Assembly (NCBI GenBank): GCA_044224875.1
Contig: JBGAJQ010000075.1
Coordinates: 1-23,237, forward strand
Length of the DNA stretch: 23,237 bases
From: Gemmatimonadaceae bacterium
Lineage (GTDB): Bacteria; Gemmatimonadota; Gemmatimonadetes; Gemmatimonadales; Gemmatimonadaceae
Direction: 5' to 3'
Shown: one piece after another, positions 7,369 through 16,442 of the stretch
Layout: every line of letters starts with the position of its first letter
Position numbering within the stretch: position 1 is the first letter of the stretch
Translations under genes and position numbers: made by a program
Notes under the pieces: model-generated
The model's database searches: none
Seen by the model: the letters and a program-made list of their open reading frames with translations, nothing else
Told to the model about the DNA's origin: nothing

Positions 7369-10300
7369 ATGCGTCGCCTCGGCTTGGCCGGTCTCGCCAA
7401 CATCGCGTTCCTCGCCGCCCAGTCACTGGCCCAGCCCCCCGCCAGCTCCGCGCGTCCCTTCGGACCTAACGACGCCACGGACATCGTGAGTTACAACCTC
7501 GCGGACGTCAGTCGAGACGGTCGCTGGGTCGCGTTCACCAGTTCCACCAGACGCGATCTACTCGGGAACGACTACCGGCGGGACGGCGACCCATCGTACA
7601 TCCGCCCGGCCCGTATGCAGCTGTGGGTCGTGGACTCCAGGAGCGGGCAGGCCACCTCCGTGCTTCCCGACGCCGCGAACGTCCGCGCCGCCGCGTGGTC
7701 GCCAGATGCATCTCGACTCGCGCTGCTGGTCCTGAGGAACGGTGCCTTTGAGCTGGCGATCTGGGATCGACACGCAGCGAAGTCGCGCGCATTGCCCGTG
7801 CCCGCAGGCCGCTACGTCGCCGAAAACAGTGACGTGCGCTGGACGAACGACGGGACGCGAGTGGTGGTCTCGTTGCGGACATCGACACGGCGCACACGCG
7901 TCGTGAATCAGTTCGACGAGATGACGAAGGGACCGGTCTTCGTGCAGGATGCGACGGACCCCTTCCTGGGCTTGGGACGATCTGCGGCGTCAGGGGAATG
8001 TGCGTTCGGTCGTCAGCATCGACGCCACCTCGGGCCAGGTACGCGAACTGCTCCCCGAGAGCATGGTGGGCCAGTTCAACCTGTCGGCCGACGATTCCGT
8101 CCTCATCTATCAGCCCGACATCACGAAGAAGACCGACTACGACGTCATCTTCGGTTCCGACAACCGCCTGGCCGCCCGACGTCTGTCCACTGCCGAGACC
8201 ATTGAGATCTTCCCGATCCTCAAGGGTGTGTCCCTCCAATGGGCGGACGACGGCCGCACGTATGCCTACAGCAAGGACGGACGAACTTATCTGGCGGCGA
8301 TCGGACGACCAGCACGCCAATTGGCTGGCCCCGACAGCTCGAAGAAAGAGGACTCATCCGATACCTCCGCAGCTACTCGGGAGAAACGTGCCGCCGAACG
8401 TTTCTCACTGTCACGAATCTCCCCAACGGGAGACGCCGTGCTGGTCACCAATCCCAAGGGCTACTGGCTGGTCGACGCCAGCTCGAACAGTCGCGACCTG
8501 GTGGCCGAGATCGGCGATTCGCTGAGTGTCGCCACACGCTACACACCGGCAGCCTGGTCACCAGACGGTCGGTATCTGTACTTCGGCGTGTCGGGACGAC
8601 CGCGCTGGGAGCGTGGCTTCGCGCGGTACGATCGCTCGACCAGGAAGCTGGAAACCTCCTCGACACACACGCGCATCTATTCCAGCCTCCGACTGAGCAA
8701 GGATGGCAGCACAGCCTTCTTTGCCGCCGGCGACGGGAACCGTCCCAGTGATTGGTACGCGGCCGGGCCGGATCTCGCCGCGCCGCGTCGACTCACCGAC
8801 GCCAATCCACAGCTGCAACAACTGGCGCTGGCCACGACGCAGCAGGTTGCCTATCTGGATGCCGACGGCCGCGCGCGGTACGGCGTGGTGTACCTGCCGG
8901 CGAACTACACGCGGGGCGCGCTATCCCACGCTGTTCAACATCTATGAAGACTTCTACGACGACACCTTCGATGCCACGGTGAACGTGCTCACCGCCAACG
9001 GCTACGTGGTGGTGAAGCCGTCGGTGGGATTCGAAATCGGATATCCGGGGGAGGCATGGGCCAAGGGTGACCGCGGGCGAACGCCCTCGTCTCGTCCGGG
9101 CATCGCCGACTCTCCAAACTCGGCGTGTTCGGTACGAGTTACGGCGGATACGCCACGAACCTGCTGATCACACAAACCAACCGGTTCAAGGCGGCGGTGA
9201 ACATCTCCGGCAAGGTCGATGTGATCTCGTTCTACACAGACTCGCCGCGCACCAGGCGTCCGTAACGTGCACGCAGCTGGAGAAGAGCCAGGATCGACTG
9301 GGTGCGACGCTGTGGCAGCAGCCGCAGAAGTACATCGCGCAGTCGGCCATCTTCTTTGCCGATCGCATCACCACACCGTTGATGCTGGTGACAGGGCAGC
9401 AGGATCCGAACGTGCCCGCCGACAACACGCGCGAGATGTTCTACGCTCTTCGCCGCCTGAAAGGAGGTGACCTGGGTCGACTACATGAACAGCGGTCACG
9501 GCACCCCGGGCACCAATGCCGCCGAGTTCGTCGACTTTCACAATCGGCTGCTGCGGTTCTTCGGCAAGCACCTGAAGGGCGAGACGCCCGGGCGCGTGGT
9601 GGAGGGCGTGTCGTTGTTAGGCGACTCGCTATACCGTACGGTGCCGTCGGGCACGGCGCGCGCGACCATGGAACCGCAGCTGGCAGCCGCGCAGGCAGCC
9701 TGGGAGCACACGCCGGATAACGCCGACTCCCTCATCTGGTACGGACGCCGGACCGCGTACCTCGGCAGGTTCAACGATGCGATTGCCATCTATTCGGACG
9801 GCATCGCACGACATCCCGACGACCCGCGCATATACCGGCATCGCGGGCACCGATACCTCTCGGTCCGCCGAATCGACGACGCCATCGCCGACTTCGAGCG
9901 CGCCGCGGCGCTGACGCGTGGCAAGCCCGACGAAGTTGAACCCGACGGACAGCCCAATGCGCGGAACATCCCCACCAGCACCCTGCAGTCGAACATCTGG
10001 TACCACCTGGGGCTGGCCTACTACCTCAAGGGGGACTTCGCCAACGCCCTGCGCGCCTATCGAGAAGACATGAAGCGCGCCACGAGACCGGACATGCAGG
10101 TCGCCACGACACACTGGTTGTACATGACGTTGCGCCGTCTGGCCGCACGGACGGGCGGCGCGCGTGCTCGCGCCGATCACGGGCACGATGGACATCATCG
10201 AGAACGGGCCTACTACAAGTTGCTGCTGATGTATAAAGGAGAGGCGACGCCCGAATCCCTCCTGTCGTCGAACGCGGCCGGCGGGTTGGATGACGTCACC

Positions 10301-10483
10301 ACGGCATACGGCGTCGCCAACTGGTATCTCTACAACGGACGCGCGGCAGATGCCGAGGCCATACTGCGACGCGTGGTCGCCGCCCGCGGACAGTGGGCCG
10401 CGTTCGGTTACCTGGCGTGCGAGGCCGAGTTGAAGCGCATGTCGGGTGCGCCGTCGGCCGCAACGGGTGCCGGGGCGCGTTAG
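7369..10483 (+). CDS. S9 (prolyl oligopeptidase/acylaminoacyl peptidase family) beta-propeller peptidase with in-frame C-terminal TPR domain; broken by many indels (sequencing errors or pseudogene)
   Basis: GGAG then ATG 7369 and a signal peptide; PD40-like repeats (SRDGRW, WSPDA, WSPDGRY). Catalytic motifs lie in different frames: GTSYGG (9131-9148), GQQDPNVP (~9394-9417), NSGHG (~9488-9502). Frame breaks near 7968, 8912-8922, several in 9063-9280, ~9460 and 10140-10210. TPR motifs follow ~9600 (YLGRFNDAIAIYSDG, WYHLGLAYYLKGDFANA). Confidence 0.8.
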
Positions 10484-10514
10484 GCGGAATCGCCCAGCGC
10501 CTGGTTCGCGCGTA

Positions 10515-11711
10515 CTATGGCTTCGCTGACGACGAATCGCTGGCAGGATACCGTAGGCCCTCGGGTAGCCCCTCGAGCAACGGACGCAGGTCGGCGGCGC
10601 GCTCCAGCGTGGTGACGAAGGTCATCCCCTTCAACGAGACGACCAAGAGGCCACTCACGCCGTACAGCACCACACTCGATGCCTCGGCGTGTGCCACATT
10701 TCCCGTGGCGTCCCGCGTGTAGACCGTTCCGAAGATCCCGTTGCCATCGTCATCCAGCTCGCGGGCGCGTCGCAAGGACGCCCAGGTGCCCACATCGTCC
10801 CAGCCAAAATCGCCAGGTACAACAGCCAGGTCCTTCGTCCGCTCGAGGAGTCCGCGCTCGATCGAGATCGACGAGATGGCCGCCGCGAAGCCATCGTGGT
10901 CGCCATCGCGCACCTTTGGCAGCCCCGGCGCGACTTCGGGACAGTGCGTCTCGAGCGCATCCCACAGGACCCGCGCACGCCAGGCGAAGACACCGGAGTT
11001 CCACAAGGCACCGGCATTCATCAGTCGCTCCGCCGTCACGGCATCCGGCTTTTCGATGTAGCTGGCGACTTCGCACGGCCCCATCTCATGAAGCGGGCGG
11101 CTGGCCTCCATCGGTGCTCCGGCCATCACATAGCCGAAACCGACGTCTGGACGGGTAGCACGCACCCCGATGGCCACAATGACATCATCCAGTGAAGCCA
11201 CGCGCGTGGCTTCCTTGAGCGAGTCATGGAACAACGGCACAAAGCCCACGGCGAGATCGGCGTGCATGCAGCAGCAGACGCTTTCGGGCCCGGCCCGTCT
11301 GGCGATTTCGCTCGTGGCCCAGGCGACCGCCGCGGCGGTCCCCAAGGGGGCCGGTTCGATGAGGATGTTGGTGCTGGGCACGTTCGGGATCGCGGCGGCG
11401 ATCGCCGGCGCGATGTCCCGACTCGTGACGACCAGTACACGTTCGGCCGGGATGAGCGGATGCAGCCGATCCACCGTTTCGGCGATGAGCGGCCGGTCGC
11501 TTATGAGCGAAAGCAGCTGCTTGGGCCGCTGGGGAGACGAGAGTGGCCAGAATCGCGACCCGATCCCTCCGGCCAGGACAATGCCCCACAGCGCGGCGTC
11601 GGCTCGCTTGGCTTCCGTCGGCTGCCGTTGTTCGGACTCCAGGGTACCTGCCCCGGCGACCGGACTCGAACTGAACGCATTGGCCTTGGAAGAGTCGAAC
11701 GCTGCTGACAT
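10515..11711 (-). CDS. manC: Mannose-1-phosphate guanylyltransferase-like nucleotidyltransferase (no C-terminal cupin/PMI domain)
   Basis: VLAGGIGSRFWPLS..RPKQLL, YIEKPD, WNSGVF, GWDDVGTW, then a short beta-helix-like tail. Several other motifs are divergent and the start is uncertain. Confidence 0.82.
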   Translation of the reverse strand: MSAAFDSSKANAFSSSPVAGAGTLESEQRQPTEAKRADAALWGIVLAGGIGSRFWPLSSPQRPKQLLSLISDRPLIAETVDRLHPLIPAERVLVVTSRDIAPAIAAAIPNVPSTNILIEPAPLGTAAAVAWATSEIARRAGPESVCCCMHADLAVGFVPLFHDSLKEATRVASLDDVIVAIGVRATRPDVGFGYVMAGAPMEASRPLHEMGPCEVASYIEKPDAVTAERLMNAGALWNSGVFAWRARVLWDALETHCPEVAPGLPKVRDGDHDGFAAAISSISIERGLLERTKDLAVVPGDFGWDDVGTWASLRRARELDDDGNGIFGTVYTRDATGNVAHAEASSVVLYGVSGLLVVSLKGMTFVTTLERAADLRPLLEGLPEGLRYPASDSSSAKP

Positions 11712-11794
11712 GAATGGGGTCTCGGGTCGTGTGCGCCACTAAACTACAGCCATCGGCACGAGCTGTCGCGCGGTAATTCTCGAACCTTCCACCG

Positions 11795-12610
11795 TTGTTT
11801 ACGCTGCGCCCTTCAGAGCTGGACGGATCCTCCGCGCCACCCCCGCCGGCCGAGGCGGACCTGCTCGACGCCATGAACGTCGAGGAGCACCTGCGTGATC
11901 CTGCACGCAAACAGGCGTTTGTGACGCCGATGTTTGACGTGATCGCGCCTCGTTATGACCAGTTCACGCGCCGGTTTTCTTGTGGCATGGACCGTCGGTG
12001 GAAATCGGCACTGCTGGCCGAGGCGGTGGTCGCCCTCCCGGAGCTTGGCCGCGCTGTGGATGTAGCATGTGGCACGGGCGACCTGGCCTACGCGGCGGCG
12101 GCGGCACGCCCGCGCGCGAGCGTCATTGGCATCGACGCGAGCCCGCGCATGATCGACGCCGCCATGCGGCGACCGGAACATGGCGCATGCGCCAACGCGT
12201 CGTTCGCCGTCGGGAACCTGATGAAGTTGGAGCTGCCAGATGCCAGCATGGACCTGGTCACGGCCGGATACGCGCTCAGAAACGTGCCTGATTGGCGTGG
12301 GGGGCTTTCTGAGCTAGCGCGTGTGCTCCGCCCGGGGGGGCGACTGATGACGCTCGACTTCTATCGACCCTCGTTTGCCGTGTGGCGCGCGGTGTACCTC
12401 GCGTACCTGCGGGTGGCCGGCGATGTCGTGGGGTGGCGGTGGCATGGTCGCGCGGTCGTGTACGGGTACATTGCGCGTTCGATTGCCGCCTTTTGCTCAT
12501 GGCAGGAGTTTGCCACGGCGCTCGGCGATGCCGGCTTTGTGGACGTACAGGTGCAACGCTACCTGGCTGGGGGGGTCGCCATCCATCAGGCGACGCGCGC
12601 GGCTCGTTAG
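11795..12610 (+). CDS. ubiE: UbiE/MenG family quinone C-methyltransferase
   Basis: MFDVIAPRYD..., SAM motif VDVACGTGD, GIDASPRMI, DLVTAGYALRNV, ELARVLRPGG, YGYIARSI. Start is TTG 11795 or ATG 11873. Confidence 0.82.
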   Translation: MFTLRPSELDGSSAPPPPAEADLLDAMNVEEHLRDPARKQAFVTPMFDVIAPRYDQFTRRFSCGMDRRWKSALLAEAVVALPELGRAVDVACGTGDLAYAAAAARPRASVIGIDASPRMIDAAMRRPEHGACANASFAVGNLMKLELPDASMDLVTAGYALRNVPDWRGGLSELARVLRPGGRLMTLDFYRPSFAVWRAVYLAYLRVAGDVVGWRWHGRAVVYGYIARSIAAFCSWQEFATALGDAGFVDVQVQRYLAGGVAIHQATRAAR

Positions 12611-12987
12611 GACGCCTTCCGCTGCGTGTCCATGGCTCGACGCAGGACGTCGTTCAGCAGCGTCTCGTCGAGAATGGGCTTCTTGAAGTACTCATCGAAC
12701 CCCGAGCTGAGGATTCTCTCACGGGCGGCATCGCTGGCCATGGAGGCGACCGCGACGACGGGAATAGCCCCCAACCGCGGATCCTCACGCAGGCGCTGCA
12801 GTGTCGTGGCCGCGTCCGGGTTGCTCAGCGTCAGGTCCATCAGGATCGCGTCCGGTATCCGCGCACGCATCCCGATGAGGGCGTCCTCGCCATTCTCGTA
12901 TTCTGAACACCGAAACTTCCCGTCCAACAGGACGCGGAACAGCACGCGATGATCTGGATTGCGATCGATGATAGCGACCCGCCGCAC
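12607..12987 (-). CDS. Single-domain response regulator (DivK/CheY-like, atypical)
   Basis: Receiver pattern: VAIID, PDAILMDL (phospho-Asp), IPVVAV, GFDEYFKKP; RBS AAGGGAG before GTG. Confidence 0.88.
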   Translation of the reverse strand: MRRVAIIDRNPDHRVLFRVLLDGKFRCSEYENGEDALIGMRARIPDAILMDLTLSNPDAATTLQRLREDPRLGAIPVVAVASMASDAARERILSSGFDEYFKKPILDETLLNDVLRRAMDTQRKAS

Positions 12988-13080
12988 GAGATACTCCCTT
13001 CTACTGATGAACGTCTTGAAGAGAAGTATCGGACCGCTGCGCGCTGGAGTTGACCTCGGCGCGGTGCTACATGGACGTGC

Positions 13081-13536
13081 CTACGTGGTGGACAGGTCGC
13101 AAGCGCGCCCGCTGAGTTCATCCACATGAATGCGGAAAAGAAGCGATCGCCCAGGAAGTGGATCGTCGTCCGTAAACGCGACCGGAAGGAGGCGGCGGAT
13201 CGCGGCGATGGCCCGGTCACGCGCTGCCTCGTCCGTTGGACTTCCATTCGATTCGAGCATGTACACCGTGCCCTTCGCAACAACGCTTCGCCACTGGAAC
13301 GGAGATTGGACTTCGTCAATCTCGAAGGCGACCCATGGGTGGTGATGCAGGACCGTGAGCTTCGTCCCGGGCCCCGTGCGGCCCACGATCCACCCTTCAT
13401 CAAACACGAAGTGAATCGGCTCCACGTCCACGCGGTCGCGAAAAGCAAACGCGAGCCGACCGTGCGTATGTTGGCGCAGCAACGCCTCGCACTCTGGCGT
13501 GGTGAGCTCTCGAATGACGAGTGAAGGCTTAGCCAT
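13081..13536 (-). CDS. Pyridoxamine 5'-phosphate oxidase-like / NimA-like split-barrel flavin-binding protein
   Basis: LTTPECEALL...GRLAF...PIHF...RTGPGTKL...PWVAFEIDE...WRSVVAKG...LSGR is typical of this family. Confidence 0.88.
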   Translation of the reverse strand: MAKPSLVIRELTTPECEALLRQHTHGRLAFAFRDRVDVEPIHFVFDEGWIVGRTGPGTKLTVLHHHPWVAFEIDEVQSPFQWRSVVAKGTVYMLESNGSPTDEAARDRAIAAIRRLLPVAFTDDDPLPGRSLLFRIHVDELSGRACDLSTT

Positions 13537-13556
13537 ATGCGATTCCCTGCCGTCTG

Positions 13557-15410
13557 CTATGGCGCCACAACCTCGTCAGGCGCAGCAATCGGCACGGTGA
13601 AGGTGAAGGTACTTCCCTTGCCTGGCACGCTGTTCACGTCCAGGTGACCGCCATGCGCGTCCACGATACCGCGGGCGATGGCCAGTCCAAGTCCGGTCCC
13701 CAAGGTGCGGGAGCTTCTCCGAGCGTGCCAATATCGGTCAAAGATGTGCGGCTGATCCTCGAGTGGAATCCCGATGCCGGTGTCCGCGACAGAGATCTGC
13801 ACACGCGTCCCGTTAGGCTTCGCGGCGATGGTGACGCGACCGCCTCGTTCGGTGAACTTGATCGCGTTACCGATCAGGTTGGCCAGCACCTGCATGATGC
13901 GCGTCGTGTCCACATCCAACTTGGGAATCGCGTCCAACGGTGCCACATCCATGGTGACACCATTCTCCTGCGCCGAACTGCGATGCATGTCGAGCACGCG
14001 GTGCACCAGCGGCGCCAGGGCGCTGCGGGACTTGGAAATGCGCAGGTGCCCGGATTCGATCACGGACACGTCCAGCAGGTCCTGAATCAGGCGGTTCATG
14101 ACGTCCGCTGACTGCAGGATGGCATTGGCCAACTCACGCCGCGACTGCTCGGCCTCTGGAGGTTCGTCAAGCAACACGCGGGCGCACATGGACACGGCGG
14201 ACAATGGATTGCGGAGATCGTGCGACACGACGCCCAGGAGTTCGTCCAGCGCTCGCCCGGCGCGCTGCGCCGATTCGTAGAGTCCCGCGTTGTCCACCGC
14301 GAACGACATTTGCGCCGCGAGGTCCTCGCCCAACTCGTGCTCGCGCGCGCCTCGGGGGCGCTCGGGTGTGGTGGAAATCAGGGTGATGGTCCCGATGCTG
14401 CGATCGCGCGCGCGCAACGGAATTGTCGTGAAGGCCCGAATCCCGAGCGCCGCGACGGCCTCCTCGAGCGCCCCACCGGGCGACCCCTCGCGGTACCAGT
14501 CGGGTTCGAGCGTGTCGGCATAGTACGACCGGCCCGTCACGATGACTTGCGCCGCGTGAAATGGCCACGCCGGCGCCTCGTCGGCGCGTGACTCCAGCTG
14601 TCGCAGCCGCTTGGTGTGGTCTGGATCATCGTGCACGGAGGCGATCCGCCGCACGTCACCGCCCTCCTGCACAATGTTCATCACGCAGCAATCGGCCAGG
14701 TACGGGATTGGCAGGTGCAACACGCTGCGCAGGGTCGCCTCGTAGTCGAGCGAACGACCCATCATCGCCGTCGCGTGGCTCAGGAAGCGATCGTCGTCCT
14801 CCTCGAGCTTGCGTTCGGACACATCGCGTAGCACCACGGTGAACAGGCGACCGCTCTCGGTTTCCAGCTTCGAAATGGAGGCCTCGGCCGCAAACTCCTC
14901 GCCCGTCCGGCGCAATCCGGAGATGAGCTGGCGCGATCCCATCCGGCGCGCGACGTCGGGCGAGTCGGCAAAATCACCGATGTGCCGCGCGTGGAGCGTG
15001 CGATAGCGGCCTGGCAGTAGTTCGCTCAAGGAATGGCCGATCGCATCGGACGCCTTCCAGCGAAAGATCTGCTCGGCGCCGTGGTTGAAGTGGAGAATTT
15101 TCTGCGATTCGTCGACGGTGACGATCGCGTCGACGGCGATTTCGAGGATTCCCGCAAACTTCCGTTCCGATTCGCGCAGCACCTCGGCCACGCGCTCGTG
15201 CTCTCGCAGCTCGGAGCGCATGCCGCGAAGGCCGAGGAACGCGCCGGCGCTGGCCAGCAGGGCCAAGGATGCCGCCACGAGTTCTGGCACATCGAAGCTG
15301 AGCCCCCGACCGCGTTGCACACCCAGCAAGACCACGGCGGTCGTGACCCCCAGGACGGCCGTGGCGGCAAGCAGCGCTGCTCGAGTCGTTACGCGAGTCG
15401 GGGAGGGCAT
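13557..15410 (-). CDS. Membrane sensor histidine kinase: 2 TM - FixL-like PAS - GAF - HisKA - HATPase
   Basis: PAS (DAIVTVD...FNHGAEQIF...IGHSL..LLP.RYRTLH...GLRRTGEEF...RDVSERK), GAF (ending AVDNAGLYE), H-box SHDLRNPL, NLIGNAIKF, DTGIGI, GTGLGL. Start is ATG 15410 or GTG 15431. Confidence 0.93.
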   Translation of the reverse strand: MPSPTRVTTRAALLAATAVLGVTTAVVLLGVQRGRGLSFDVPELVAASLALLASAGAFLGLRGMRSELREHERVAEVLRESERKFAGILEIAVDAIVTVDESQKILHFNHGAEQIFRWKASDAIGHSLSELLPGRYRTLHARHIGDFADSPDVARRMGSRQLISGLRRTGEEFAAEASISKLETESGRLFTVVLRDVSERKLEEDDDRFLSHATAMMGRSLDYEATLRSVLHLPIPYLADCCVMNIVQEGGDVRRIASVHDDPDHTKRLRQLESRADEAPAWPFHAAQVIVTGRSYYADTLEPDWYREGSPGGALEEAVAALGIRAFTTIPLRARDRSIGTITLISTTPERPRGAREHELGEDLAAQMSFAVDNAGLYESAQRAGRALDELLGVVSHDLRNPLSAVSMCARVLLDEPPEAEQSRRELANAILQSADVMNRLIQDLLDVSVIESGHLRISKSRSALAPLVHRVLDMHRSSAQENGVTMDVAPLDAIPKLDVDTTRIMQVLANLIGNAIKFTERGGRVTIAAKPNGTRVQISVADTGIGIPLEDQPHIFDRYWHARRSSRTLGTGLGLAIARGIVDAHGGHLDVNSVPGKGSTFTFTVPIAAPDEVVAP

Positions 15411-15437
15411 GCGTGAATGTACGCGGTGCACGGCAGG

Positions 15438-16442
15438 TTAGAAGATCCGAACCTGTACGTAGCGCTTCGGGTTCTTCTTGAGGTCCTCGAGCAGGGACCG
15501 CAATTCCATCATCAGGGAGTCACTGTGGTGATACAGGGTCGAGTCGTTGACCAGCAGGCCTAACGACCCCCGGCCGCTGTTGATCTTGGTGGCTATCTCA
15601 TCGGACGCGGCGATGAACGAGTGCAGGCGATTTTGCGACTGGCCCAACTGCTCCGAGATGACCAGGAGGTTCTTGCTCGCCTGACGGAGTTGGCGTGCCG
15701 CCTCACCGGCATCCTCCATCACCTTGCGCACCTCCCCCCGAGCGGTTGACGAGTCGACGCGATCTGCGACGGCATTCAGCTGGCGGGCGGCACGCGCGAG
15801 TGACCCCACCCCTTCGCGTACATCCACCGAGACCGAGTCCAGGTTACGCGACTGGTCGCGCACCGTCTGCGCGAGGACCGTCGAGAGTTCAGAGAAGTTG
15901 CGGATGGACGTGCGGAGTTCCTTGGCCGCCCGTTCGTCGAATGCAACCTCCACGCGTTCGGCCACCGATGCCACGTCGCCGGCGATCCGGCCCGCGACCG
16001 CCGTCAGCTTGGCGATGTCCGGAAGCGTCGCACCGGGCAGTACGCCGCCACCGCGATCTGCTTCTGCCAACTGACGAGTCACATCTTCGTCGCGCGGCAG
16101 CCCGGTGCGGTCAATGATGGTGGCCTGCCACTCGCCAAAGAGGCTCGATTCGTTGAGGATCACCACGGGGGAAGGCGGAAGCGTCACCGCTTGATCGAGG
16201 TCCATGCGCACCTCCACCCAACCTTCCGCGGCCAGCTCCATGGCCTCGATGCGACCGGAGCGGACGCCACGAATCACGACGGGCGTGCCCGGTCGCGCGC
16301 TGCCGACATCACGAAATCGCGCCGTCACCCGGTTGTGGCGTCGTCCCACATCGCTCTGTTTGACCCAGAGGATAGCTGCCCCCACCACCACGACGGCGGC
16401 GAGGATCGTTAGGCCCACGAGAAAATCGTTCGTTCGCTTCAT
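15438..16442 (-). CDS. mlaD: MlaD/MCE-domain protein with long helical C-terminus
   Basis: Start MKRTNDFLVGL at 16442 overlaps the mlaE stop (ATGA). One N-terminal TM, MCE motif F.DVG..RPG.PV.IRGV..G.I, SLFGE, coiled region, GSLGLLVND..LY...DLKKNPKRY. Confidence 0.9.
   Translation of the reverse strand: MKRTNDFLVGLTILAAVVVVGAAILWVKQSDVGRRHNRVTARFRDVGSARPGTPVVIRGVRSGRIEAMELAAEGWVEVRMDLDQAVTLPPSPVVILNESSLFGEWQATIIDRTGLPRDEDVTRQLAEADRGGGVLPGATLPDIAKLTAVAGRIAGDVASVAERVEVAFDERAAKELRTSIRNFSELSTVLAQTVRDQSRNLDSVSVDVREGVGSLARAARQLNAVADRVDSSTARGEVRKVMEDAGEAARQLRQASKNLLVISEQLGQSQNRLHSFIAASDEIATKINSGRGSLGLLVNDSTLYHHSDSLMMELRSLLEDLKKNPKRYVQVRIF

Noticed and set aside
7960..10210. Programmed frameshifting or phase variation in the S9 gene
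   Set aside because: Too many scattered indels in short runs, and no long repeat tract or clear slippery site.
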